This document shows positions 43,310-53,416 of a stretch of DNA of 64,000 nt, piece by piece. The position numbers and the translations under genes are program-made. Source of the stretch: a virus; the IMG/VR virus record IMGVR_UViG_3300049846_000568, positions 1 through 64,000 of that record, one strand, 5' to 3'. Below the pieces are notes generated by a model. It was not told where the DNA came from. It worked only from the letters and a program-made list of their open reading frames with translations, and ran no database searches. Position 1 is the first letter of the stretch. Every line of letters begins with the position of its first letter.

Positions 43310-43724
43310 TGTTGCGCTTCTGGCTCCACCACTTATCGGTAGAGGTGCCGTCATTGAACTGAATTGGATCCCAATCTGGGTCACCAATACGCTCTCTCGT
43401 GTCTGCCAGATAGCTGTTCCAGTCGGCCTCATCCTGTGAGATGTTGTCGTACTTAACAACGGCGGCAAACGGATCAGACTGCATACGGACAACGACGAGC
43501 TGGCCCTCCTGGGTAACCCACTGCAGGATCCCCTGAGCGCAACGGCAGTAATCGTCGGCGTGTGGCACTCTGCAGCCAGCCTTGTCTAGCCTGCCACTGC
43601 ATTTCTCGCCACAATTGTACCTATCCTTGTTAGAGCAGCGACCACAAGATGTGCAGTACTTCCAGCAGTGCCTTTCTGTTGGATCCCTGTATGTCCCCGG
43701 CGGGGCACTCATTGGCTTACCCAT
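43302..43724 (-). CDS. Cys-rich hypothetical protein
   Basis: multiple Cys motifs. Confidence 0.65.
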   Translation of the reverse strand: MGKPMSAPPGTYRDPTERHCWKYCTSCGRCSNKDRYNCGEKCSGRLDKAGCRVPHADDYCRCAQGILQWVTQEGQLVVVRMQSDPFAAVVKYDNISQDEADWNSYLADTRERIGDPDWDPIQFNDGTSTDKWWSQKRNNG

Positions 43725-46700
43725 TCAAAACCTCATTCAAACTTACGATCTGTTCTAGTGTTTCTCTTATGCTGTAGGATGTGGCCTTCTTGAATCTGAA
43801 TGTCACATCATGATTGCCCTCTCGCATCGTGACATAGACTGGAGAGGTACCGTTTACCCTTCCAATTATATCATTTAGACGTTCTATTTGCTTAGGCGTT
43901 AGCCTGCTTTCTGTCTTAAGCATGATGGGAGGGCCTGCGTTGATTGCCGAATCGCTCAACTTTGTGAAGCCGTTGAAAGCCAGCTTAACAAAGACGTTCT
44001 CACCATCCTCGTCAGTCTCTCGCATAACTCGACCTGACATGATTCCGATGTGCCCCTCTACAAGATCACTAGTATCTACCTTGTCGATCATGCCGGGAAA
44101 CACGAGGGATGTGATGTCACCCGTGAGATCCTCGAAGCTCATGATGATCATCTGCTTATTGGCTTTGGTTACCTTCTTCTGGACGTTCGTGATAATGCCG
44201 CCCAACCTTACCGGCTCACTAGCCGTGTAGGTCATTAGGTCGGCAATTTCATGCGACACATCCTTCTCTAGATAGGGCCAGATATCGCTTAGCGGATGCT
44301 CCGTAACATAGAGTCCAATCTCTTTCTTTTCTTCCTCAAGAATCTCTAGCATATCCTCTCTACCGACTTCGGATTCTGGGTCAAACCAGACCAATGTGTC
44401 TAGAGCGCCAGATCTCGTAAGGTGTTCGATAGCCGCCTTGTTTAGCACGGCTTTGTCAGCGTGGCGCAGGAAGCCATACAGCGTGCCGAAACCATCTTCT
44501 GGCCTGCTTGCTAGCAGTGGGTCAACAATCTTGTCGCCAAGGCCATCAATAGCCGATAGACCGAAGACGATCTGCCCACTGTCGTTCACTGTAAACTCTG
44601 ACTCAGAGATATCTACCGATGGAGGAAGGACCTCAATACCCATCTTGCGGCAGTGGTTGAGGTACTGCGCCAACCTGGGTTTCTTGTTGGCGGTAGAAGT
44701 CAAGCATGCTGCCATATACTCGGCGGGGTAGTGTGTACGTAGCCATGCGGTCACATAAGACACCATTCCATATGATGCGGCGTGGGCCTTGTTGAAGCCA
44801 TAACCGGCAAAGTACTCAATATCGGAATAGATCTTGTTGCTGATCTTCTCTTCGATATCGTTATCTTTGGCGTCGCTTACGAACTTTTCTCTGTACTTAC
44901 CTACCTTCTCCATCAATTTCTTACCAATGACTTTGCGCAAGTCGTCAGCCTGGTCTGCACCCCAACCGGTAACTGCCCTAGTGGCGTTAAGTACATCCTC
45001 CTGGTAGAGCATGATGCCATACGACTGGTCGAGCACGTTCTCTAGGATGGGGTGAGGATAGGCTACAGGCTCACGCCCATGCTTGCGGTTGATATACATC
45101 TTGTCCATGCCGGAACCCATAGGACCAGGACGATAAAGGGACACAATAGCCATCAGGTCGTCAACAGATGATGGTCGCACTGCTGCGGTCATCTCCTGCA
45201 TGCCTGGTGACTCCATCTGAAACACACCCATCGTGTCGCCACGAGACAGTTCCGCAAATACATCCTCATCGTCTAGCGGCAGGTTGTCTGGATCAATGTC
45301 GATGCCCGAATTCTCTTTAATGGCCTTCACAGTCATATCAATGACGCCAAGGTTTCGCAGTGCGAGGCAGTCAACCTTCAGCATGCCGACCTCTTCTAGG
45401 CGTCTCATGTCCCACTGGCTTACGAGCGGTGTATTCTCACCCTTCTGCATGACGGGAACGTAGTCTGTCAACGGACCAGGAGCGATGACAACACCAGCAG
45501 CGTGGATACCGGTCTGCCTAAAGACGCCCTCTAGACCTCTTGCCGAGTCGATGATGTCTCTCGCGTCTGCGTCACCGTCATATAGGGCCTTCAACTCGGG
45601 AGTGATGCTGAGGGACTCTTCTAGCGACTTTGACACACCAAGAACTGGAGGGGGCATGAGTTTGGAGATTCGATCAGCCAACTCATACTCATACCCAAGC
45701 ACTCTGGCGGCATCTCGTACGGCAGCGCGAGCGCCAACAGTTGAGAATGTGGCGATCTGACAGACCCTATCCTCACCGTACTTGTCGCGAGCGTATTGAA
45801 TTACCTTGTCTCTGTAACGGTCATCGAAGTCCAAGTCGATATCTGGCATAGACTTTCGCCCTTCCACCAGGAATCGCTCGAAGATGAGACCAAACTTGAT
45901 CGGGTCCAAGTTGGTGATCTTAAGTGCATATGACAGGATACTTCCTGCCGCCGATCCTCGGCCAAACCCTACACGAATGCCGTTGTTCTTAGCCCACCTA
46001 ACAAGGTCGCCCACTACGAGGAAGTACTCGATAAAGCCCATTCGCTTTACTACGCCCAACTCATGGTTGGCACGGTCAATTACCTCTTGCGGAAGAGGAT
46101 CACCGTAACGGTCCTTAAGTCCTTCCCATAGCTGTTCCTCTAGAAACTCATCAGGAGTCTTTTCCTTTGGAACGTCTGGGAACTTAGGGAAGTGAAACTC
46201 CCCAAACTCTAGCGCGACGTCGACCATATCTGCTAGGTCGCATGTGTTTTGTAGCCACTCTGGCTCAAACTTCTTCAACATCTCATCATAGGAGTGCAGG
46301 AAGAAACCATCGCCCTCAAACTTGAATCGCTTCTCATCAGCGAAGGTGGCCTTAGTGCCAGCGCAAAGCATAACGTCGTGGCTATGTGCATCTTCCTTGA
46401 GCACGTAGTGGCAGTCGCCTGTGGCTACTACCTTGGCCCCGATCATCTTTGCGATCTTGAGAGTATCTTCCTTGACGCGGCGCTGCTCTTCAATGCCGTG
46501 ATCCTGGATCTCGATGAAGTAATTGTCTTTGCCGACGATCTCCTGCATGGTTGACGCATGCTGAAGTGCTGCGTCGAAATCGCCACGCAAGAGAGCCTGC
46601 TGTACCGCACCACCAAGGCAGCCGCTAAGTACGATGATGCCCTCAGCGTGTTGTGAGATAAGGTCTAGATCAAGACGGGGCTTTACAAAGTAGCCCTCTG

Positions 46701-47061
46701 TGTAGGCACGTGAGGAAAGCTTGATCAGATTCCTGTAGCCCGCTGCATTCTGTGCAATGACGCCAAGATGGTACGGGCCTCGCTGATCCCACTCGTTGCG
46801 TGCAGGACCGGAGCGCTCTTCCTCATCTCTGTCGAACCTAGACTTACGAGCCTGGTATGCCTCTAGGCCAAGGATGGGCTTGATGTCGTGTTCCCTGCAG
46901 TGCTCGTAATGGTCTAACCAGCCATGAATATTGCCGTGATCCGTAATCGACAAAGCGCCCATCTGTAGTTCTTTGGCGCGCTTTGCGTATCGCTCTGTTG
47001 TGCCATGTCCGTCAAGCAGACTGAAGGTTGTGTGGTTGTGTAGATTAACCCAATTCTTCAT
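43717..47061 (-). CDS. dnaE: DNA polymerase III alpha subunit
   Basis: LHNHT..SLLDG, TDHG, DCHY (PHP); GRGSAAGS, PDIDLD, GIHAAG, FNKAHA; OB fold. Confidence 0.98.
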   Translation of the reverse strand: MKNWVNLHNHTTFSLLDGHGTTERYAKRAKELQMGALSITDHGNIHGWLDHYEHCREHDIKPILGLEAYQARKSRFDRDEEERSGPARNEWDQRGPYHLGVIAQNAAGYRNLIKLSSRAYTEGYFVKPRLDLDLISQHAEGIIVLSGCLGGAVQQALLRGDFDAALQHASTMQEIVGKDNYFIEIQDHGIEEQRRVKEDTLKIAKMIGAKVVATGDCHYVLKEDAHSHDVMLCAGTKATFADEKRFKFEGDGFFLHSYDEMLKKFEPEWLQNTCDLADMVDVALEFGEFHFPKFPDVPKEKTPDEFLEEQLWEGLKDRYGDPLPQEVIDRANHELGVVKRMGFIEYFLVVGDLVRWAKNNGIRVGFGRGSAAGSILSYALKITNLDPIKFGLIFERFLVEGRKSMPDIDLDFDDRYRDKVIQYARDKYGEDRVCQIATFSTVGARAAVRDAARVLGYEYELADRISKLMPPPVLGVSKSLEESLSITPELKALYDGDADARDIIDSARGLEGVFRQTGIHAAGVVIAPGPLTDYVPVMQKGENTPLVSQWDMRRLEEVGMLKVDCLALRNLGVIDMTVKAIKENSGIDIDPDNLPLDDEDVFAELSRGDTMGVFQMESPGMQEMTAAVRPSSVDDLMAIVSLYRPGPMGSGMDKMYINRKHGREPVAYPHPILENVLDQSYGIMLYQEDVLNATRAVTGWGADQADDLRKVIGKKLMEKVGKYREKFVSDAKDNDIEEKISNKIYSDIEYFAGYGFNKAHAASYGMVSYVTAWLRTHYPAEYMAACLTSTANKKPRLAQYLNHCRKMGIEVLPPSVDISESEFTVNDSGQIVFGLSAIDGLGDKIVDPLLASRPEDGFGTLYGFLRHADKAVLNKAAIEHLTRSGALDTLVWFDPESEVGREDMLEILEEEKKEIGLYVTEHPLSDIWPYLEKDVSHEIADLMTYTASEPVRLGGIITNVQKKVTKANKQMIIMSFEDLTGDITSLVFPGMIDKVDTSDLVEGHIGIMSGRVMRETDEDGENVFVKLAFNGFTKLSDSAINAGPPIMLKTESRLTPKQIERLNDIIGRVNGTSPVYVTMREGNHDVTFRFKKATSYSIRETLEQIVSLNEVLNG

Positions 47062-47077
47062 TAAAGTTCTCAGACCC

Positions 47078-47293
47078 CTAAGCAGACCTTTCTATCTCTA
47101 GTTCTTTCCAGCCAGGAGATTCCAGCATAAGAACTCTGAGATCGGTAACCTCAATATCTTCGTCTTCGAAAAGCTCCTTAATGTAATCAGTTACCTGACT
47201 AATAGACTCCTCAAAGTAATACCATCCCTTAACTGGCTTATCGTCCTCGTCGTTCTTATTGACTACAAAAAATTCTACCTTATAGATTCTCAC
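47078..47293 (-). CDS. hypothetical protein
   Basis: GGAGG SD, GTG start. Confidence 0.55.
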   Translation of the reverse strand: MRIYKVEFFVVNKNDEDDKPVKGWYYFEESISQVTDYIKELFEDEDIEVTDLRVLMLESPGWKELEIERSA

Positions 47294-47466
47294 GATACCT
47301 CCACTACGTCCCATTCATCAAACTCCGGCGTTGCCAGCACTGCCAGCACGCTAATACCTTCCTCTTGCACGAAACGAGAAAGTACCGCTCTTACGTCTCG
47401 GGCCTTTTCGATGTAATAGTCAGTGCGCTGACCATCAATCATCAATTCGATTTTGTATACTCTCAT
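47290..47466 (-). CDS. small hypothetical protein
   Basis: MRVYKIELMIDG.. ORF filling the gap. Confidence 0.5.
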   Translation of the reverse strand: MRVYKIELMIDGQRTDYYIEKARDVRAVLSRFVQEEGISVLAVLATPEFDEWDVVEVS

Positions 47467-47686
47467 GGTTCACTTTCCATTTGCGCCAATGCTGGAACGA
47501 TATCACAGCATAGACTGTAGTGTTGATCATAACGGGAACACTGTGGATGAACAGACCATACGGGAACCATAGGGCCCAAACCAGGGCACTGATCAGCCAC
47601 CCAACTCTATACCTACCAGATAGATAAAGGGCTAGCCAACCAATTAACATAGCCGCCCAGCCCAATATCTCAACCCAATCAACCAT
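47435..47686 (-). CDS. small 3-TM membrane protein (PnuC/SWEET-like)
   Basis: three hydrophobic helices, Trp-rich. Confidence 0.6.
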   Translation of the reverse strand: MVDWVEILGWAAMLIGWLALYLSGRYRVGWLISALVWALWFPYGLFIHSVPVMINTTVYAVISFQHWRKWKVNHESIQNRIDD

Positions 47687-47918
47687 CTTGACTCTTAGAT
47701 GTCCACTTTGGATTATCTGTTCGATAGAACCCACCACCTTTTAAGATCGTACCAGAAAACGAATAAACCCTCTTGAACTTACCATGACACATGGAGTTAC
47801 CTGAAGCTTCATCGTAGGGCTCACCACCGGCATGGTGGTCGATCTTTACAAATAGATCTGGCTCATCGAATTCCACAGTGAACTGACAGTCACTGCAGCG
47901 ATAATCATATTTAGGCAT
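47679..47918 (-). CDS. FmdB-like zinc ribbon protein
   Basis: MPKYDYRCSDC..LKGGGFYRTD. Confidence 0.8.
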   Translation of the reverse strand: MPKYDYRCSDCQFTVEFDEPDLFVKIDHHAGGEPYDEASGNSMCHGKFKRVYSFSGTILKGGGFYRTDNPKWTSKSQDG

Positions 47919-48150
47919 CGTCGTCCCCGGTAGACGGAGGATGGTAGATCCCACGCTCCACATCCTTGTTGTTCAGGAAGTTTTCGCGATTGCGGCGATG
48001 ACGATCTTCCTCGCCAACGTGGCGAATAACCTGAACTACGCCTCCACAAAACTTGCATGGCGGCTCATTAAATGGCGAGCGCTCCATGTATGCTGCTGGC
48101 TGATCAGAATGGCATTCTGTACAAACGCCAACATAAAATGATTCATCCAT
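47911..48150 (-). CDS. zinc ribbon protein
   Basis: CTEC..CKFCG. Confidence 0.6.
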   Translation of the reverse strand: MDESFYVGVCTECHSDQPAAYMERSPFNEPPCKFCGGVVQVIRHVGEEDRHRRNRENFLNNKDVERGIYHPPSTGDDDA

Positions 48151-48181
48151 AACTATTCCTAACTTTCTTGATGTATTTCAA

Positions 48182-49408
48182 CTAATTCCTAACCGACTTG
48201 TATGCAAATCGAACTGGACTAGGCTTGGATTCTTCGTCAGACTCAATCCAACTATCACCCACCTTAACCCATTTCTTACGTGGCTCCAAATTACAGTTGC
48301 CACATCCAATACCGGCGGCGTTTGCCCGCTCGCAAGAGAATGGACGGCCACCGATACCCATCTCCCTACGCCTAATCCAGTCGTCAACATGCGCCTGACT
48401 CTTCTCAAAGTTGTAGTCGCTACAGTTAGACAAGATGGCGTGCAGATACTCTAGTGCCTCATCTGTATAGGAGAGGATTGAGCATAGGAACAGGCGCTCT
48501 TCGTGCTCTAGATGATGCTTTGTTTCAGCCTTCTTCCAGAGTTCGTAGATTGCCTTGCAGTTGTCGAATAAATCCACCGGGTCAAACTGTCGCTGCATGT
48601 CGCCAACACCGCGCAGCATCGTGCTGCCGTGCTTGTTGAAGCGCTCTAGCATGTCTTCGGTGGTGTACTTCTTCGGGAGCTTCGCCTCTTCAAACTTATA
48701 GGTATACTCCCTGTACCATTCGTTTGCTGCTAGGTTGAAGGTTTGTTCAGGTACCTCATAGTCTGCTGGTCCAGTGGCGATTTGCTGAATTCGCTCCACT
48801 GGCAGTCCCAACTCTTCGTAGGAAAGTTCTCGTTTATAGAGTCCCGTAGATTGATGTACCGTGTTGGGGAGGCGCCACATCCTTCGAAGGTCATAGACTT
48901 GGAAGTCGAGGTATTCCAAATCAAACTTTGCTTTAAGGTCGCCAGCAATGTGTCTAAATATTGCTGGGAGTTCATTTGATCCGGTAATACCGAGGGCAAG
49001 AGCTTCAAGTTCAACATGGAAGCCCTTCTTCCCAGTGAAGTAAATTCGTACAGCGTCTCTGGGTATGAACGACAGAAAGAACTCAGCCAAGATGAGAGTT
49101 TCTCGTCTGGATCGTTCAATGTCGTCCGAATCGATATCGAAGTATAAAGACCCGAGACGTACAGCGCGATTGAGATCTGTACTGTCGTAGTTGAAGACCG
49201 ATGTATAGATACCCAGTCTTTGATGTTTGTTAGCGTATTCCTCAATGTCTTTCCATTCATAGATACGAGGAAGAGATGGCTTGCCGTCACCCTGACGTAC
49301 CATCTCTCTCATAACTTTCCAGTTACCGTCTTTATCCTGACGCCATCTAGCTGCCTCTATGTACTTCCACCTGTTGGAGTACTTCTCGGGATCGTCTGGC
49401 AATCTCAT
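48182..49408 (-). CDS. archaeo-eukaryotic-type primase with PriL-like C-terminus
   Basis: FDID, TGKKGFH, RMWRLP; HLEHEERL, PFSC..CGNC..SP. Confidence 0.82.
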   Translation of the reverse strand: MRLPDDPEKYSNRWKYIEAARWRQDKDGNWKVMREMVRQGDGKPSLPRIYEWKDIEEYANKHQRLGIYTSVFNYDSTDLNRAVRLGSLYFDIDSDDIERSRRETLILAEFFLSFIPRDAVRIYFTGKKGFHVELEALALGITGSNELPAIFRHIAGDLKAKFDLEYLDFQVYDLRRMWRLPNTVHQSTGLYKRELSYEELGLPVERIQQIATGPADYEVPEQTFNLAANEWYREYTYKFEEAKLPKKYTTEDMLERFNKHGSTMLRGVGDMQRQFDPVDLFDNCKAIYELWKKAETKHHLEHEERLFLCSILSYTDEALEYLHAILSNCSDYNFEKSQAHVDDWIRRREMGIGGRPFSCERANAAGIGCGNCNLEPRKKWVKVGDSWIESDEESKPSPVRFAYKSVRN

Positions 49409-49540
49409 AAAGGTCTACTTCCTGCCTCACTACCTACCTCCCAAAGAGGCTCAGCTGGTAGCATTAGATCTTCACCGTTAGATCGGTGATATGTCACATG
49501 CACCAACAAAACATTGAGCCGGTCTCTAATCCACTTACGC

Positions 49541-49738
49541 CTAGCGATACGTTCTTTTGCTGTTAAGGTATCGTTTTGCGAGTTGTGGCCAACTTCCACT
49601 TGTCTTACACTCCTTACAAAGGTATCCCCAATACACCTTACTGTTAGATACGTAGGTGTTGTAGGCGTACAAATCAGCGCCGCACTCTTCGCATTCGACG
49701 CGAGTATTCCAAACTCTATCTTTCTCGTTCTCTGCCAT
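49541..49738 (-). CDS. zinc ribbon protein
   Basis: CEECG..CKEC. Confidence 0.55.
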   Translation of the reverse strand: MAENEKDRVWNTRVECEECGADLYAYNTYVSNSKVYWGYLCKECKTSGSWPQLAKRYLNSKRTYR

Positions 49739-50378
49739 ACTTAATGTTGTCCAGATTTGCTGCTGTTAGGTTGGCTAGATGCACGATCATATCACTTGTG
49801 GTCATTGGAATCGTCTCCGGAACCGGAGAACCAATGCCAAGATGTACCCTTACTAGACGGAGGATCTGCTCGATCACATCATCCTTAAGGTACATCACAC
49901 TAGACTGACTCTCATCACCAAAGATCTTATCGTCATCACGAACGGCCCTCACAAAAGCGCCCACAGTATAGGGGTGCATGGGGTCAAAGAACAATTCATC
50001 ATCCTCTGATCTTAAATGAATCGCCTTAGTCGTATCATGCAGAATGCATGCGGCGATGATCATATCACGTTCGTCAGTATCAACGCAATAAGCTTCACAC
50101 AAAAGTTTGGCTGCCCTTACAACCCTCTTTGTGTGGAGTAGTAGTCCTCCAGCCGTGTACTCGTCGTCAGGGTGGGTACCGATCATATTGTCGGAGGGTG
50201 CATACCAAAACTCATCAGCCTTTAGAAGCACTGAGCGCACAAAATACTGGACGGATTGATTCTGTATTTCCTCAATCTCATCCAGCAATGGGCGAAGAAC
50301 TTCGTTCTCCTGCAAGAACTCTGTCTCGTGTATGTCTTTTAGCACGAATTCATCTAGTAGTCTATCTGCGTTCGGCAT
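49716..50378 (-). CDS. HD-domain protein
   Basis: HP..GGLLLHTKRVV..ILHD. Confidence 0.85.
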   Translation of the reverse strand: MPNADRLLDEFVLKDIHETEFLQENEVLRPLLDEIEEIQNQSVQYFVRSVLLKADEFWYAPSDNMIGTHPDDEYTAGGLLLHTKRVVRAAKLLCEAYCVDTDERDMIIAACILHDTTKAIHLRSEDDELFFDPMHPYTVGAFVRAVRDDDKIFGDESQSSVMYLKDDVIEQILRLVRVHLGIGSPVPETIPMTTSDMIVHLANLTAANLDNIKYGRERER

Positions 50379-50523
50379 GTGCGGCCTCTCGGTTCTTGTA
50401 TACGTCTGCCATCTTGTCTACCGCTAAGGATAAGAACTCGTGGGGATCCACCCCAAGGCGCTCACAGAGTTCTACTATCTTCTGCGAGCGATCCTCGTCA
50501 AATAGGAACCCTATTCGTCCCAT
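50362..50523 (-). CDS. small putative ribbon-helix-helix protein
   Basis: MGRIGFLFDED..LCERLGVDPHEFL. Confidence 0.45.
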   Translation of the reverse strand: MGRIGFLFDEDRSQKIVELCERLGVDPHEFLSLAVDKMADVYKNREAAHAERR

Positions 50524-51332
50524 CCTGCGCGCCTTATCTCAAGCATCTTTTCTGTCAAGGTAAATTCTCGACAAGGCGCATCAAAGGGGCAGCTCCTACA
50601 GTAGTTGGTAAGGCCTCTACGCGGTACGAAAACCTGAGTTCCTGCCGCTTCCTCTAGCCAATAATGGAGAGAGTTGACATCTACCGTTGGCACGTCGACA
50701 GGGTGGAACCCAAACTTACCGGGCGAAACAATATCGTAATACCCATAACGCACGTTCATTTTGCGATTGTCATTGCGATAATCAAACGCCATACGAAGGG
50801 CAGCGAAATCCATCATTAGCGAACTTGCCGGTATCCTCTTGGTATTAGTAACCCATTTAATGACCGTAAACATGCCCTTCTTATCCCTCAATACGAGGTC
50901 AAAACTACCGATTAGGCGGATGTCGTGGCCAACCGGGACAACAAAATCCTCGTTGATCAACACGGGGTCGTTATGTGTATCCTCTGCAAACTCCTCATAG
51001 AAGCGGAGTAGTGATCTTGTAGCTTCTGAACTATAGCTAGCCAGATTACCGTGAATGATCTCATGCTGCTCCACCGCAAGATCGTAAGCCGTCATATCCT
51101 TGGGGAACCAATGCTTCTCCCAACGGTTTAGGATGGCGGATACAGATGGGATAATGCCCGACTGTTTCTTGTAGAAGAAGAAGGACAGAATCCTTTTCAT
51201 CGTGTTCTCAAACCTTATGGACAACTCGTCAGCCCTATTGACAGGCTCATACATCTCCTGAAGATGGCGGAAATCGTATAAGAGAGCACAAGTTTGGAAG
51301 TCCTTCAGTGCATCAATGTGAATGTCTATCAT
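50511..51332 (-). CDS. PD-(D/E)XK-fold protein, catalytic motif degenerate
   Basis: DFQTC, GSFDLVL..VIKWVT, CRSCPFDAPC. Confidence 0.75.
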   Translation of the reverse strand: MIDIHIDALKDFQTCALLYDFRHLQEMYEPVNRADELSIRFENTMKRILSFFFYKKQSGIIPSVSAILNRWEKHWFPKDMTAYDLAVEQHEIIHGNLASYSSEATRSLLRFYEEFAEDTHNDPVLINEDFVVPVGHDIRLIGSFDLVLRDKKGMFTVIKWVTNTKRIPASSLMMDFAALRMAFDYRNDNRKMNVRYGYYDIVSPGKFGFHPVDVPTVDVNSLHYWLEEAAGTQVFVPRRGLTNYCRSCPFDAPCREFTLTEKMLEIRRAGWDE

Positions 51333-52789
51333 AGGTTAAAATCGTCTCCGAATACATCTAGCTCTTCTAGATAGTCGTTGTCGTATAGAGCCTGATCAAC
51401 CTGTTCAAACTCCTCATACGATTTCGTCTCATCATTATACATCACAAGTGGGGGGTCATACGTAAATGTTGAACCAGTAATTCGGTTCTTTGGAATCTGT
51501 AACTGCATGAGGAACTCGTCTTCCGAGTCGTCCCCACTCAGTAACTTCTTCTCCGTAATGAAGGTGATAACAGAGCACTTCTGCACGATGCTGATAGAGC
51601 CGCCAACATCCTGCTGCTCAATCAGTTCTCGCTTCTCCTTCATTGCGTTAACGTTCTGCTGTGCGGTCAGGATAAACACTGCATTCATATCCTTCGCCAG
51701 CTTCTCTAGACGAATCATCATACGCTCATACTGCTCCCAGCGTGGACCGCCACCACGACCAAGCATTGACTGGATGGTGTCGATGATTACCACATCTGGA
51801 ATCCTAGCGTTGTGACCCATGACATCGCGCAGCCATAGTTCAAGATCATCGTAGTAAGAACTGTCTGGACTGTGGCGGATCATCATTCGATCGCCCCATT
51901 CATTCAGTTTCTCCTTGAAAACCTCAAGGCGATATTCTTTTTCCTCTGGTGTCCACAACCTTGAATGGGCATAGACGTTCTCCTTGATGATCTGGGTCAT
52001 CAGGATGCGCTCCCAATGGGCTTGGGCTTCCTCGTAATTCACGTAGCATACGGTGTAGCCGGAGTCTAGCCAGTGATTGGCGAGGATCTTAGAGAACGTA
52101 CTCTTACCCTTACCGGATGGAGCGACAATGGCGTGTACCGCGCCCCTGAAATAGCCCCCCTCTTCGGTATACCCGAGAGCCCTATTGTAGGAAGGGAAGG
52201 GAGTAGAGAGGAAATCTGGCACATCCATCAGAGACTCTGCCCTAGCTGCGATGTCGTCTCCTGTGACCACTACATCCAGCGGATTGTAGTCTAGATTGCT
52301 CTCTAATGAGCGAATCTGATCTGTTAGCTGTAGGATCTTCTCGACTTCTTCATCTGTCTTGTGGCCCTTTTTGGCCAGCAGGCTCTGAAGCGTCTGCATG
52401 TTGTTCAGCTGCTTGCGCTGATTGGCGCGGTAGCGTAAAACCTTAATGACAGAATCGACAGTGGTGAGATCCAGACTCATCACAGTATCTACAAAGTAGG
52501 TGATCGGACCCATGCCGCCGAGAGCATCAACGATGTCTGTCTCTGTCTGAACCCACGCCTTCCAGGCAATGGGGTCAATTGGGTCTAAGCCAGTCTTCTC
52601 GTAGAAGTGAAGGAATGCCTTGTAGAACTCATGGATTCCTGTATCGCCGTGAATCGCGCCAACATAATCTGGTGGGAGTTCATCAGCGAATCTCTCAATT
52701 GCACCCTCTTCCTTAAATGCTAGGGCAAAAACCTGGTATTCCAGGGGTGTTACTTCTTCCTCAATCTCTAGTTCTAGACTAGCCGTCAC
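51329..52789 (-). CDS. dnaB: DnaB-like replicative helicase
   Basis: APSGKGKST, NYEE, IIDTIQ, TAQQN, KNR. Confidence 0.9.
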   Translation of the reverse strand: MTASLELEIEEEVTPLEYQVFALAFKEEGAIERFADELPPDYVGAIHGDTGIHEFYKAFLHFYEKTGLDPIDPIAWKAWVQTETDIVDALGGMGPITYFVDTVMSLDLTTVDSVIKVLRYRANQRKQLNNMQTLQSLLAKKGHKTDEEVEKILQLTDQIRSLESNLDYNPLDVVVTGDDIAARAESLMDVPDFLSTPFPSYNRALGYTEEGGYFRGAVHAIVAPSGKGKSTFSKILANHWLDSGYTVCYVNYEEAQAHWERILMTQIIKENVYAHSRLWTPEEKEYRLEVFKEKLNEWGDRMMIRHSPDSSYYDDLELWLRDVMGHNARIPDVVIIDTIQSMLGRGGGPRWEQYERMMIRLEKLAKDMNAVFILTAQQNVNAMKEKRELIEQQDVGGSISIVQKCSVITFITEKKLLSGDDSEDEFLMQLQIPKNRITGSTFTYDPPLVMYNDETKSYEEFEQVDQALYDNDYLEELDVFGDDFNL

Positions 52790-53408
52790 GCCTCTTCCTC
52801 TTTAGCTCTCTGTAGCGCTTCTTTCGATACTCTCTATCAGACTCTTTACGCTTCTCGTAGTAAGCGTTTCCCTTGTAGCGGCTCTCTCGTTTCTCTTTGA
52901 CATAGGGGGTGCTGTTTAGAGCGCCTACTATTCTCTCAAATACAGCCTCCTGTGTCAACTTATCTGTGAACCTAAATACAACAAGCGCAATACCTTGCTC
53001 TTTGCACAGTTCTATCTTGCGCTCGTCACGCTTCTGTGCGTCGAGGAAGTCCTGACGATCCTTGAAGAACAGGTTAGAGTAGAAGAAGTGCTGCCTACCG
53101 TGATACTCGATGCCTAGCTTATACTGTGGCAGGTAGATATCTAGACGTAGCTTCTCCCCAACTTGATATTCGTTGATGATCTCAGCCTTAGGGATGAGTT
53201 GCCTAACAATCTTTGTAAGTGCAGCCTGTCCGCGTGAAACCTTGCGACCCCTACTGGCAACCCAATCAAGACCTAGAGCCTTAATGCGTCGATTAAGTTC
53301 AGCTATTGTAATCCCCAACTCATCAGCGATTTCCGGATACGAGACATTGCTGTCAAAGATCCGATCTTTGATGATCGCATCCTTGTCCCAAAACTCATCG
53401 TCCTTCAT
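52779..53408 (-). CDS. HTH plus DUF559/Vsr-like endonuclease
   Basis: EIADELGIT; RLDIYLP..IEYHGRQH..DERK. Confidence 0.8.
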   Translation of the reverse strand: MKDDEFWDKDAIIKDRIFDSNVSYPEIADELGITIAELNRRIKALGLDWVASRGRKVSRGQAALTKIVRQLIPKAEIINEYQVGEKLRLDIYLPQYKLGIEYHGRQHFFYSNLFFKDRQDFLDAQKRDERKIELCKEQGIALVVFRFTDKLTQEAVFERIVGALNSTPYVKEKRESRYKGNAYYEKRKESDREYRKKRYRELKRKRRDG

Positions 53409-53416
53409 AAGGACTC

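Noticed and set aside
43717-47061. Inteins or introns in dnaE, dnaB or nrdJ
   Set aside because: Lengths are normal and no splice-junction motifs or insertions are seen.
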